This document shows, piece after piece, positions 1 through 10,092 of a DNA stretch of 64,000 bases. The notes under the pieces were generated by a model. The model saw only the letters and a list, made by a program, of their open reading frames with translations, did no database searches and had not been told where the DNA came from. Within the stretch, counting starts at the first letter, position 1. The number at the start of each line of letters is the position of its first letter. Position numbers and translations under genes: made by a program. Origin of the DNA: an uncultured Nitrospiraceae bacterium (GTDB lineage: Bacteria; Nitrospirota; Thermodesulfovibrionia; Thermodesulfovibrionales; SM23-35); NCBI GenBank assembly GCA_963727775.1, contig CAVSHB010000002.1:96001-160000 (forward strand). The letters run 5' to 3'.

Positions 1-717
1 TACATTAGAAAGAGATACAAAGCAGATAAGTTTCTCGTATATTTCCAGCCTTATACAAACACATATGCGCCTGTTGATGAACTGGAACATCTTTACACAA
101 AGGCCCTCTCGGAACCTTCCGTCATAGGGCTTGCTATAGGCACAAGGCCCGATGCCGTAGATAAAGAGAAGATCGCGCTGCTTGAATCTCTGGCGCGAAG
201 GCATTTTATCCTAATTGAATACGGCATGCAATCCATGTATGACAGGACGCTCGAGTATATAAACCGAGGCCACGACTATAATGCTTTTCTTAAAGCGCTC
301 GACCTGACGAAGAACAGGGGTATATATATCGGGACTCATATCATAGTCGGGTTCCCTACAGAAACGAGAGAGGAGATGCTCTCTACTGCGGATGAGTTTT
401 CCAGTTTGCCTGTTGAATTTCTTAAGATACATCAGCTTCAGGTCATAAAAGACACGCCGCTGGAAATTATATTTAAAGAGGATCCATTCCATGTGTTTGA
501 ATATCAGGAATATCTTGAATTCGCAGCGGATTTCATTGAAAGACTTTCTCCCCGGATAGTTTTGCAGAGGCTTTTTGCCACAGCTCCCGACAGTATCCTC
601 ATCGCCCCGCAGTGGAAGAAAAACCGGCAGGAGATTTTGCGCGATATCGAGAAAAAACTTGAGCTCAGAGATACGTATCAGGGTAAAAAAATGAAAGTCC
701 ATGCCGGGATAAAATGA
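1..717 (+). CDS. TIGR01212/YhcC-family radical SAM protein, 5' end outside window
   Basis: Frame open from base 1: YFQPYTNTYAP, GLAIGTRPD, EYGMQS, INRGH and LKIHQL motifs typical of YhcC. Confidence 0.85.
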   Translation, partial: YIRKRYKADKFLVYFQPYTNTYAPVDELEHLYTKALSEPSVIGLAIGTRPDAVDKEKIALLESLARRHFILIEYGMQSMYDRTLEYINRGHDYNAFLKALDLTKNRGIYIGTHIIVGFPTETREEMLSTADEFSSLPVEFLKIHQLQVIKDTPLEIIFKEDPFHVFEYQEYLEFAADFIERLSPRIVLQRLFATAPDSILIAPQWKKNRQEILRDIEKKLELRDTYQGKKMKVHAGIK

Positions 718-804
718 AGCCTGTAATGCCGTTTGTCCGGGAAGCCGGACGGGATGGATGAGTACCAGTTTTTTGTTAATGAATTAAGAGAAAAGGTACG
801 GGCA

Positions 805-1473
805 TTAGAGGATCTGAGATAAAGAAGCATTATCCGACAGATCCTCAAAAACATAGTCTGCTCCGGCTTTTACCAGATCTTCAAAAGAATACGGACCGGT
901 TGCGACGCCGATACACATCGCGCCATAAACATGGGCGCATTCGACGTCACGCGGCGTATCGCCGACAATTATGCAGTTTTCAGTCTTGATTCTCGTCTGA
1001 AATAATTTCTCGAATCTGTCTACTGCGATAGGCAGTAGGTTATTTCTGTCCTCGTCATCGCTCCCGAAGGCGCCGGCGGGAAAGTATCCATTTAGTCTGA
1101 AGGGTTCAAGTTTAATCCTTGCGCCCTGTTCAAGATTGCCGGTCAATAGACCCAATCCCGGCTCTCTTTTGCGGTTCAAGTTTTCCAGCAATTCATAGAT
1201 ACCGGGCTTTACATGCTTCCTGTCATTATTAATTTGTTCGCCGAGGTGCTTGAGATAGGCTTTTACAATAACTTCAACATTTCCATCTGCCGATATGCGA
1301 TGCTTGATCAACCCTTCTTTAATAATCTGCGTGTCCGTCTTGCCTGCCATGCTTATTCCATTAAAACCATTCTCGATAGAGAACAAATCCTTCATTGCGA
1401 GATCGAGCGCTTGCACCCCTGCCCCGCCGGAATCTATTAGGGTGCCGTCTATGTCAAAAAGAATTAAACGCAT
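805..1473 (-). CDS. HAD-superfamily hydrolase (phosphoglycolate phosphatase-like)
   Basis: FDIDGTL motif I, LTGN motif II, VGDTPRD motif IV. Confidence 0.85.
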   Translation of the reverse strand: MRLILFDIDGTLIDSGGAGVQALDLAMKDLFSIENGFNGISMAGKTDTQIIKEGLIKHRISADGNVEVIVKAYLKHLGEQINNDRKHVKPGIYELLENLNRKREPGLGLLTGNLEQGARIKLEPFRLNGYFPAGAFGSDDEDRNNLLPIAVDRFEKLFQTRIKTENCIIVGDTPRDVECAHVYGAMCIGVATGPYSFEDLVKAGADYVFEDLSDNASLSQIL

Positions 1474-1554
1474 TGATTATTTTAACTTAGGGGAGGATTA
1501 ATATAAACCCGTAGATGACGTCAGGCACATAAAATATTCCTTAAATATTCCTTA

Positions 1555-3849
1555 TCAGTCATCTTTTTCGAGTTCCTTCAGAAAAGTGTCGTTGCACATT
1601 AAATCGAGAATTATTTTTGAAACACTCTTCATGACATCTGAAACCATCTCCCCTCGTTCCGCTTTTGCCAGATCATTATAGATGACCATGGAATTTAGAA
1701 AAACTGCGGTTTCCCATGAACGTTTCACGAAGTCCCGTCTTTGGTCGGACACTTTTTGCTGCCTGAGAAAATTGCGCAGGACGTCGGCATCCATATTTAT
1801 GTAAACATCAACTCCTGCTCCGTCACCGCTTGGGACAACCTTGGCAATGTCTTCACCGTTCCAACTCCTGCCGTCCTCTTTTTTGATTTCATCCCATGTT
1901 CTGCAGCCGGCTCGCTTATTTTTATGGACCAATATCGGTTCCGGCAATTTATAGTCTTTTGCTTTTGGCGGCCTTGACGGATGGGGAGGTATTACTTCAG
2001 GCTCAACCTCCGGCAGATATTCTACTTCAAATTCAACGGACAAGGGGTCATCATAGGGCCTTGTCAATAAAACAATCATTTTCCTGATAGCGCCCGCCCG
2101 CGCTGTTTTTGAGGGTATAATTTTTACGGTAATCCTGCCGTTCCATAGATGGCAGGACTTCATCACATCCGGATAGACTATCAACGATCCCCGGTCCGTC
2201 TCTCTGCTGAAATAGTCATTTGCTGCATCGGTCTCAAATGCGATCCTTGAATAGGAGTTAATCGGCATTTGCTTTCGCTCAGGACCGATTATCTTCAGAT
2301 AATTCGGAATTCTTTCCCCTTCGAATTCTTTTATTTCGTTTGTGCCCGCTTCGTTTCTGTCTTTGATATTGCCTCCGACTCCCAGATAATGCAAAATGGT
2401 CCGGTTCTTCTTTATCAACTTAGAGACAACCCCTTCGAGGAACTTTACATCTTTCGGATTTTTGGTAATCTGCTGTTCCCTGCGGTGTTGATTCAATTGT
2501 TTCAGTCCCTCATGCCTGCTGAGTTCTTCAGCCAGTATTAACTCAATTTCTTTGGAAATTTCGCTGTCTCTCATCCGGTCGCGCGAAGGCATAAATATCT
2601 TTTCCCTTATATTTGTATCGACATCGGTACAATCTATGTGGACCAGCATGTAATCGGCTAAATAGTGGAGGTTGGCTTTAGTTCTCAGGAAGGAACGCCC
2701 GATCGCAGCGTGTGTCTGGCCGTTGATCGTGAAAAAGATGGATTCACCCGGAGAAGCAAACTCGTCTTTTATTGTCCCTTCTTTGAAGACAGTAACCTCT
2801 ATTGTCCTTTTCCCGAAATTTCCAAGCTCTGCAATAATCGGAATGATAGGAGGGCAATTCTCTTCAATGCTTTTGTTTTCATCTTTAAGGATTCTCAATC
2901 TGTTCCCAAAGAGAATGATGGGATGCGTCTGTTTCTTAAACTTCCTTGTTTCATGCAGCGTTAAAGGAAGGCCCGGATAGTGCAGCACTCTGTTCAGGTC
3001 ACGCCATAAATCCAGGGTAATCTGGGAAGGATTCGGCAGATAATAATTGTAAAGCTTAATGTATGTCCCTGATTCCAGGGATTCATTATCAGGGAGAACG
3101 GATAATGATTCACCGGCGAACGATGCAATTCCTCCATCCCCCCGGACAAAATATTCATACCAGGAGTTTTTGTATTCAGAACTTGTTGCAAGGTGCAATC
3201 TGACAAGGGTAAAGCCCCATTCGTCTTTTTGACCTTTTCCCAAAAGCGCAGGGGTCTTCCTTGACAGGATAAGCTGATAGTTATTTTCGCCGCAGTTTGG
3301 CAGGACTCCGCTTCCGCCCATATTATATTTTCCCTGCACAAAAGGGATTTTGTTTTTGTTGCCCCTATGCAGGGAAAGGAAGGTATTTTCGAAGTCATCC
3401 GGATGCTGGCCTTCGCCTTTATCGGCAATTATTAAATTCGGTTTCTTTCTGTCTCCTTCCGCGATGATCTGAATATTCGCGGCGAGCCTTCTCCTCTCTT
3501 TATCCGCATGGTCTGAAAAATCGCCGCTCTTAATGCCGAAGAATAACTCTACAGCATCTTTCATTGATTTCGCCGCCTGCTTGCTTTCCGGATCAATACC
3601 CCTCAGCTTGCACTCTTTCAGAAGTAAAGCATCAATGGAATTGATAGGTTTTTCAGCCAACGCGGCCACTGAATTCTTCGCCTGATTATTTATCGTATTA
3701 AAATTACTCTCATACCCGCCATAAGGCTTCCAGTTCTCTTCGTTTGCCAACAGGGGGTCTGAATCGATAATTTTTCTGACCTCGTTTTCTGATCGGGCAT
3801 TGACAAGCTGCATTAAAAGTTTTTTGGAAGATGATTCATCCATTAACAT
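1555..3849 (-). CDS. Large GHKL (MORC/Hsp90-like) ATPase with uncharacterised C-terminal region
   Basis: EKPINSIDA (N-box), IADKGEG (G1 box), GKYNMGGSG (G2 box); 764 aa; no histidine-kinase H-box. Confidence 0.7.
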   Translation of the reverse strand: MLMDESSSKKLLMQLVNARSENEVRKIIDSDPLLANEENWKPYGGYESNFNTINNQAKNSVAALAEKPINSIDALLLKECKLRGIDPESKQAAKSMKDAVELFFGIKSGDFSDHADKERRRLAANIQIIAEGDRKKPNLIIADKGEGQHPDDFENTFLSLHRGNKNKIPFVQGKYNMGGSGVLPNCGENNYQLILSRKTPALLGKGQKDEWGFTLVRLHLATSSEYKNSWYEYFVRGDGGIASFAGESLSVLPDNESLESGTYIKLYNYYLPNPSQITLDLWRDLNRVLHYPGLPLTLHETRKFKKQTHPIILFGNRLRILKDENKSIEENCPPIIPIIAELGNFGKRTIEVTVFKEGTIKDEFASPGESIFFTINGQTHAAIGRSFLRTKANLHYLADYMLVHIDCTDVDTNIREKIFMPSRDRMRDSEISKEIELILAEELSRHEGLKQLNQHRREQQITKNPKDVKFLEGVVSKLIKKNRTILHYLGVGGNIKDRNEAGTNEIKEFEGERIPNYLKIIGPERKQMPINSYSRIAFETDAANDYFSRETDRGSLIVYPDVMKSCHLWNGRITVKIIPSKTARAGAIRKMIVLLTRPYDDPLSVEFEVEYLPEVEPEVIPPHPSRPPKAKDYKLPEPILVHKNKRAGCRTWDEIKKEDGRSWNGEDIAKVVPSGDGAGVDVYINMDADVLRNFLRQQKVSDQRRDFVKRSWETAVFLNSMVIYNDLAKAERGEMVSDVMKSVSKIILDLMCNDTFLKELEKDD

Positions 3850-3893
3850 TTCTCTAAACCGAAACTGTCGAGAATTTCTCAGTCCCCTCCTTT

Positions 3894-4034
3894 TCAGTCA
3901 TTTTGCCCCACGGTGTTTGTTACACGAACTGATGCACAGCGGACTGATTCAAGGAGTGCGGCAACCTCTCCCATCATTGATTTTTGACCCATGATCTTAT
4001 GGCTTTTCATAAGAGTCTCCGGCTTCTTTGTCAT
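3894..4034 (-). pseudogene. Probable N-terminal remnant of a DUF1016/YhcG-family gene
   Basis: Manual translation: 46-aa ORF containing GEVAALLESVRCASVRVTNT, resembling the YhcG N-terminal helix, then an early stop. Confidence 0.4.
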
Positions 4035-4323
4035 GGCCTAATTTTATATTTACTAAGATAATATGGTCAATAAGAAGTTCAGATTCCGTAGTCTCTGAGA
4101 AATAGGTCCGACAGAACGAGGGTATGACATCCGATTTTAATGACGCACCGATAAAAACTGGCAGGCCATTGAATCAGAGGAGAGATACGCGTTTTCTATA
4201 GGGATATTGTGAAGCGGCACAATGTCGTGCCGTCAGGTTGTTTGTAACACCTACAAGTATTGAATGATTCGAAGGGCAACAATTATTGATTTACAAAGGA
4301 AATATGCACCAAGAAAGCGATTT

Positions 4324-5982
4324 TTAATTCTTACTCAATACTTTAAAAAGTTCATCTTTAACTTTGGCTATCACTGATTCCCAATCTCCTGGTGAAGTTT
4401 GTCGAAAAAGTCTCATTGTTGGATACCACGGACTATCTTCACGATTTAGCATCCATCTCCAGTCTGAAACAAAAGGTATTAATGTCCACACTGGTTTTCC
4501 GAGTACACCAGCTAAATGGGCTACAGATGTATCAACAGAAATGACTAAATCAAGATTCCCTATGAGTGCCGCAGTATCTGCAAAGTCATTAATCTCTCCC
4601 ATAAAATCAATAATCTTCATGCCTTTTGGAGGATTTTTTGTTTGTTCCGCATCTCCTCCTTTCTGAAGGCTATAAAATGTAACATCACTGAATGTTGCAA
4701 AATGTGAGAAGACGTCAAGTGGAAAAGATTTTATTTTTTTTAACGGTCCCTCAGCAGTACCCCAAACTAAACCAACTTTTAATTTCGATTTATAACATTG
4801 AACTTTATCTTTCCATTTCCTCGCTAATAGTGAATCTACTCTAACATATGGTATTTTCCTTGGGATATTTTCAAGTGTTGTGTTAAAAACGGAAGCAAGA
4901 TTCATAAGAGGGATGTGTGTATCAATATGCTCATATATTTTTTCACCTTCTATGATAATTTTATATACACCTTCAATATTTTGTATTAATGATTTTAATT
5001 CTTTACGACATATAATAATAACTCTTGCACCAAGTTGTGCAACCAAAGGGATATAACGAATAAACTGAATAATATCACCGCAACCATACGCTGTACAATT
5101 CAATAAAATAGTACGTCCTGCGATATTAGAACCATCCCAAAATAATCGAAGAGGAGTAGCATGCTGCTTTTCTTTCAAGAGCAGCTTGTGGTGTTCCAGA
5201 TGCAATTTCCAGCCTTGTTTATAATCACCCAATAATAAAAGTGCATAGGCAAAATTTCCTATGGAAGCAGCAGACTCAGTTTTAGGAACTACAATGGCAT
5301 CGTTGACTTTATAGTCTTGAACTGCATTTTGAAAAATCTCTCCCAGTTCATTATATGTAAGAACCAATTTCGGCTTAAGTTGTATCGCTTTTTGATAAAA
5401 CGTTTTTGCGGCCCAAAGTTGTCCTATTATTTCGAGAGTGACGCCTATGTTTACATATGCCAGGACAAGGTTTTTATCATGATCAAGAGCTTTCCTAAAA
5501 TATGTAATAGCTTTATCAATCTGTCCTCTTTCTCGAAAGATAAGCCCAATATTGTTATATGCATCAGCCAACTTTGGGTTAATTACTATTGCTTTTTCAA
5601 AAGAGAATACAGCTTCATCAAGTTGCCCATTGTTCTTAAGAGCAATCCCAAGATTATAGTAAGCATCATCGAGTGTTGGATTAAGCTGTAAAGCCTTTTG
5701 ATAACAAGCTATAGCTTTATCGAGTTGCCCATTGCTTTGAAAAATATACCCAAGGCTATAATATGCCTTATCATTGTTCGGGTTATACTGGAGTGATTTA
5801 TTAATATATTTTATTGCAGAATCATAATTCCCAAGTTGAAAATGCGTCACTCCAAGAAAGTGAAGGGCATCAACATTATCAGGCTGGATTTTTAATATTT
5901 CCATATAGATAGTTGCTGCTTTTTGTAATTCTCCTTCAATATGATACTTGCGAGCTAATTGAATTGACTCATTGATGTTCAT
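4324..5982 (-). CDS. TPR-repeat protein with C-terminal glycosyltransferase family 9-like domain
   Basis: About six TPR units (AYYNLGIAL type), GCGDIIQFIRY, DLVISVDTSVAHLAG, DWRW and SPWYPTMRLFRQ; visibly AT-rich. Confidence 0.8.
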   Translation of the reverse strand: MNINESIQLARKYHIEGELQKAATIYMEILKIQPDNVDALHFLGVTHFQLGNYDSAIKYINKSLQYNPNNDKAYYSLGYIFQSNGQLDKAIACYQKALQLNPTLDDAYYNLGIALKNNGQLDEAVFSFEKAIVINPKLADAYNNIGLIFRERGQIDKAITYFRKALDHDKNLVLAYVNIGVTLEIIGQLWAAKTFYQKAIQLKPKLVLTYNELGEIFQNAVQDYKVNDAIVVPKTESAASIGNFAYALLLLGDYKQGWKLHLEHHKLLLKEKQHATPLRLFWDGSNIAGRTILLNCTAYGCGDIIQFIRYIPLVAQLGARVIIICRKELKSLIQNIEGVYKIIIEGEKIYEHIDTHIPLMNLASVFNTTLENIPRKIPYVRVDSLLARKWKDKVQCYKSKLKVGLVWGTAEGPLKKIKSFPLDVFSHFATFSDVTFYSLQKGGDAEQTKNPPKGMKIIDFMGEINDFADTAALIGNLDLVISVDTSVAHLAGVLGKPVWTLIPFVSDWRWMLNREDSPWYPTMRLFRQTSPGDWESVIAKVKDELFKVLSKN

Positions 5983-6354
5983 CAGTTTTATTTTTTGAAG
6001 AAATAATTAAAGACGTACCTGTTGATTACGAGTAGAATTATACAATATTTTATCAGCTTTGGCCTTTGCACAAACAAGGAAGAAACGTTGGGAAGTCTAT
6101 ATAAGCAGTTATCATGCGTTTTTTCTCTGTAATTTATATGTTTTTAGTGGAAACGGAACCAAAGAAGCACTTCTAATACGGTCGGAAGATCAATAGTCGT
6201 CGCCTGAAATGCGCAAAAAAAAGGCAAGATATTATTTCCTGCCCTGTACAAGAATATTTTAAAAATTATGGTAACTTTCTGTTATTCTTTCTACATATTC
6301 TTAGCTTCTAATGGCATCTAAAAGATAAGCTTTACCCAGCTACTTCTAAGCCTA

Positions 6355-6882
6355 TTACTGGTAGATAAGCTTTACCCCGCCAATCATAATTTTATCACTG
6401 GCGCTTCCAAAAACCATTTTTAATAATAGTGACGTTGTACCACTAATCTTTGGCCTGTGCTTTGCTATATTGCTGGTATAACATGTCGGACTGGTAGAGG
6501 TTAGGTCCGTCGGATCATCAAGTATAACGGTCGAGAAATCCGGGGTGGTCATCGTTGTGAGTCTAACCTGAGAGATATAAGTAGAACCGGGAGAAGTCGT
6601 TATCACGTGATAGCAGACCTGTACTCCCTTTATTGTCACACTTTCCTGAGTTGTAAGACCGAGATCTATCCACCTAAAATCACCTTCCGCTACCGGCTCG
6701 GTAGCTGTAACTACCAGTGCATCACCATACGTATTAACTCCTAACACAAGGGAACGCGCCCCTGACGGGTCCTCTGGGATCGCGGTTAAAGGGCTGAACC
6801 AAATGTTCGTAGCTTGCGCATATCCCGTAATAAAAAACAACGCAAAAAACAAAATTGATACTTTGAGTTTATTCACAGCCAC
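6355..6882 (-). CDS. Exported hypothetical protein
   Basis: Signal peptide ending AQA, AGGAGG RBS before a GTG start, beta-rich mature region. Confidence 0.6.
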   Translation of the reverse strand: MAVNKLKVSILFFALFFITGYAQATNIWFSPLTAIPEDPSGARSLVLGVNTYGDALVVTATEPVAEGDFRWIDLGLTTQESVTIKGVQVCYHVITTSPGSTYISQVRLTTMTTPDFSTVILDDPTDLTSTSPTCYTSNIAKHRPKISGTTSLLLKMVFGSASDKIMIGGVKLIYQ

Positions 6883-7157
6883 ACCTCCTGTGTTCTTTAT
6901 TCTTCAGCAGATTTCTTCTAACAACGGCTTAGCGCTTCTATTCTCTACACCTCCTTTTTTGGAGAAATTTGGAGAGATAGTATTTACTGATTCCCCTCTG
7001 ATCGAATGATCTGGTATTAGATTTAGCACATAATTAAAAGGTTGTCAATTTATGATTACCGGTTATACTACGCACCAGCATGTCATGTCTTGAATGTGCG
7101 AAGAGGAAGAAGTTGAAAACGTAGAATCTTCGGGCAGCTTATGCGCAGATATGCCAC

Positions 7158-7439
7158 CTATAAGGCAAAGTAAAGAGCGAACCAAAATAGGCAACCCGAC
7201 AACGTTAGAACTTTTTCAAAGGTACTTAATCGGTTATTTTTAAAAATAAAATAAACGCTAAGCGGTGAAGTAAGAAAGCATGCCGTAATATAGATCCACT
7301 TCGGAAGGGCATTACTTTTCGTTGACTCCTGGAAAAGAGAACAAAATGGGCATTCAATCTTGCCTTCCAGCCGATGTCCGCAACAGGCACATCTGACCAC
7401 GCCTAAGATTTCGTCAATCTTATCTTGATCGTTCGTCAT
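7158..7439 (-). CDS. Small zinc-ribbon membrane protein
   Basis: CACC...CPFC followed by two hydrophobic segments. Confidence 0.55.
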   Translation of the reverse strand: MTNDQDKIDEILGVVRCACCGHRLEGKIECPFCSLFQESTKSNALPKWIYITACFLTSPLSVYFIFKNNRLSTFEKVLTLSGCLFWFALYFAL

Positions 7440-7537
7440 AGTTCTATTTGCAAAAGTAATCGGTAGTTTCGTCCATCAAATCACAGTGGTGCAGCATAGG
7501 AAGTTATCGCTGAGATGACCCTCACTCATGAATACTG

Positions 7538-8119
7538 TTAACCGATGCTCGCTGTCTGTTGTTGCTGAAATTGTATAGAGATGACTTCACTTCCAGCTTC
7601 AAATAGCTCTGACTTGATTTCATTCACAAGACCCCAAGACTGTGCTTCCTCTGGATTTAAAGTTGTCCTTTCAAGCATTGCATCTGTCACTTCTTTAACG
7701 CTTTTACCGGTATTTGCTGCAATTACTTTTGCAATGTTTTCAATATCAATTCGAAGTCCTTTCAATTTTTCTTCCAACTGTTTTTCTTCCAAACTTGTTT
7801 TCTGCTCGAAAGTCAGGCTAACACCGTGGAGTAAAAATCTTGCCTGAGGCACAGATTTCCTTTCTGAACCACCGCAGTACAGTACAACTCCTATTGAATC
7901 CACACTGCCAAAATTATGTGTAGTAATTTTTGCAGGCAGTCCCTTCAAATAATTATATGCGCTTAATCCATGAAAAACCGAGCCGCCTGGTGAAGAAATC
8001 AAAAGGATAAAATTGGTTACCCCTTGCCTCACCTTCTGATCAATGGCCTCCATTAAAGCATTTACTGTAATATCAATCACTGGTGCAAAGAACTTGATTA
8101 CAACTGCCTTTGCATTCAT
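7538..8119 (-). CDS. ClpP-like (peptidase S14) protein, divergent
   Basis: ISSPGGSV, VDSIG (catalytic Ser position), FLLHG (His), EEAQSWGLVNEI; AAGGAG RBS. Confidence 0.8.
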   Translation of the reverse strand: MNAKAVVIKFFAPVIDITVNALMEAIDQKVRQGVTNFILLISSPGGSVFHGLSAYNYLKGLPAKITTHNFGSVDSIGVVLYCGGSERKSVPQARFLLHGVSLTFEQKTSLEEKQLEEKLKGLRIDIENIAKVIAANTGKSVKEVTDAMLERTTLNPEEAQSWGLVNEIKSELFEAGSEVISIQFQQQQTASIG

Positions 8120-8376
8120 GTTTGTCTCCTTCTTAAACTAATAGTTAAAATCGAGCAATGACAGTCCTATTGATTACTGGTTTAAATATATATCTTTTTT
8201 GAAGGACTGTAAACTGTTTAGAATAGGAAGAACCCAATAAGTGTCCAGCACCCCTGAGAAATATGTTGGTTGGAATAAAGAAAAAAATATCTTGTCGTGT
8301 AGAATCTAAATTTACACGCTGTTTATGGATAATTCTATTCTCTGAGAATGTTCTTAAATGCTTTTACAGTTTACAA

Positions 8377-8475
8377 CTATTTCTTCTTGTGAGATGCACA
8401 GAATTTCGATTTCCCAGCTGCGGAATTCTTACATTGTTTTCCTTCTTTGGTTTTTGCAGCACATTTTGCTTTCAT
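8377..8475 (-). CDS. 32-aa basic CCCH zinc-finger microprotein (DUF5763-like)
   Basis: Manual translation MKAKCAAKTKEGKQCKNSAAGKSKFCASHKKK; GAGGAGGT RBS upstream; below the ORF-track size cutoff. Confidence 0.7.
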   Translation of the reverse strand: MKAKCAAKTKEGKQCKNSAAGKSKFCASHKKK

Positions 8476-8697
8476 TGCTGTTACCTCCTCATTTTAGTTT
8501 AGATAGATTGTATCACATTAAAAAATAGATTAAAAATATTTATTTCAGGGGGAGAGATAAAATATCTAACCATCCCAAAAGAATTATGGACAGGCTGATG
8601 GTATCTATGATCGGAATAACCGTTGAAATACTCTTTCACTACATGAAGTGTTACCTTTATAATAATTTGCATCGAGCCTGTCCCGGGAATAACAGAG

Positions 8698-8928
8698 ATG
8701 AAAAAAGCGATCCTTCTTCTGTGCTTTGAAGTTGCTATTGTATCTTCAAACGGCTGTGCTGTGGTTACCGCGCCCTATCATGTTACAAAGGATGTGGTGC
8801 AGGGAGGGGTATGGGTGGTGAAAACAACATGTGAGGTTACTGCTGGAACCACGAAAATAATATACAAGATTGGTGAATACACAGATGAATTAGCTGTATT
8901 GTGGGACCGCGAAATACCTTGCATTTGA
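8698..8928 (+). CDS. Lipoprotein-like hypothetical protein, possibly truncated
   Basis: MKK plus hydrophobic stretch and a lipobox-like NGC. Confidence 0.4.
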   Translation: MKKAILLLCFEVAIVSSNGCAVVTAPYHVTKDVVQGGVWVVKTTCEVTAGTTKIIYKIGEYTDELAVLWDREIPCI

Positions 8929-8958
8929 AGTTCGCCGGATTATAAAGTAAAAAATATT

Positions 8959-9264
8959 ATGGATAACCAAAGCACGGGTCCGGAATTCATTGAGGCGCAA
9001 AAGCCGCCTGTAAAAGCAGGCTGGATGTGCCTTATTGTTGCCTGGATATTTTTCCTGATACCAATACCCGGAGTCGGGATAATAGGATGGGCTCTCAATT
9101 TGGCTGCTTTTATCATTGCCATCATTGTAATGGTAAAGGGTCGAGTAGGCGCCGGTGTCGTACTGCTCGTTTGTGCCTTCGTTGTCTCTCCGCTTATTTA
9201 CTTCGTAGGCCTCGGAATACTGGGACATATGTTGTGGCACCAGCCTCGCTATTATCGGCTCTGA
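8959..9264 (+). CDS. Small membrane protein
   Basis: Three hydrophobic segments in 101 aa. Confidence 0.55.
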   Translation: MDNQSTGPEFIEAQKPPVKAGWMCLIVAWIFFLIPIPGVGIIGWALNLAAFIIAIIVMVKGRVGAGVVLLVCAFVVSPLIYFVGLGILGHMLWHQPRYYRL

Positions 9265-9359
9265 TTTTAGAATAAGATTCAATTGGGCAGGATTCTATTG
9301 TATATTATGTTTATGGAACTGTTTCAAACGAAAATATTTAAGGGTGGGAGGAGAAAATT

Positions 9360-10079
9360 ATGAGGAGACGGCTTATCATAGTGCTGATGGTGTCTGTATT
9401 TTTTGTTGCACCGGCAGAGTCAGCTTTCGTTGGCGACGGAACTGTGACGGACAATAACACCGGCCTCATGTGGCAGAAGCAGGATGACGGTGTTACCTAT
9501 AGCTGGTATGCAGCGATGGGTATCTATAAAGATTCATATAATCCAAGGACTCTTGATATCTGCAGCTCGCTCAAGCTCGGGGGTCACACAGATTGGCGAT
9601 TACCATCAAAAAATGAACTGCTGAGTTTAGTTATTAAAGCTTCGTCGAAAGAACCGAGTATCAATGCCGCTTATTTCCCAAATACAAGATTGTCCTACTA
9701 CTGGTCATCTACCACGGTCGACAATTCTCCGGTCTATGCGTGGTCTGTGGACTTTGGCGATGGGACAGTCAAATCATATAATAAAGGCTCCAGTGGATAT
9801 GTCCGATGCGTAAGGAATACCTCAATCGCCAAAGGTCAAGGGAAGCAATATCAAGAGGGACAACAATATCAAGAGCGTTCACCGGATAGTAGATTATATC
9901 AGGAGGAAGACCTAAAGCCTGAGGCTGAGGGTTTTGCTCCTTCTCGACCAAAGATAGTCATTGAAGATGAAAACGTAAAATTTGATACTCTTGACCCTAA
10001 CAGATATGAATGTTCCACAAACCAAGACTGCGGGAATGTTTATATGAGATGTGTAGGCCATAGATGTAAACGTTATTAA
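9360..10079 (+). CDS. Exported DUF1566 (Lcl C-terminal) domain protein
   Basis: GDGTVTDNNTGLMWQ, DWRLP, YYWSST, YVRCVR; signal peptide; Cys-rich tail. Confidence 0.85.
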   Translation: MRRRLIIVLMVSVFFVAPAESAFVGDGTVTDNNTGLMWQKQDDGVTYSWYAAMGIYKDSYNPRTLDICSSLKLGGHTDWRLPSKNELLSLVIKASSKEPSINAAYFPNTRLSYYWSSTTVDNSPVYAWSVDFGDGTVKSYNKGSSGYVRCVRNTSIAKGQGKQYQEGQQYQERSPDSRLYQEEDLKPEAEGFAPSRPKIVIEDENVKFDTLDPNRYECSTNQDCGNVYMRCVGHRCKRY

Positions 10080-10092
10080 ATAAATTTATTTT

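Noticed and set aside
6323..6377. 15-bp direct repeat agataagctttaccc across the 3' end of the 6355 gene
   Set aside because: Only two copies 40 bp apart; likely a local duplication with no evident function.
8263..8502. 79-aa plus-strand ORF
   Set aside because: No RBS or motif; antisense to the better-supported 32-aa CCCH gene.
9360..10079. DUF1566 gene as a diversity-generating retroelement target
   Set aside because: No reverse transcriptase and no template repeat in the window. Several codons in the would-be variable region end in A (aca, tca, gga), and the domain is followed by a long tail. A remote DGR cannot be fully excluded.
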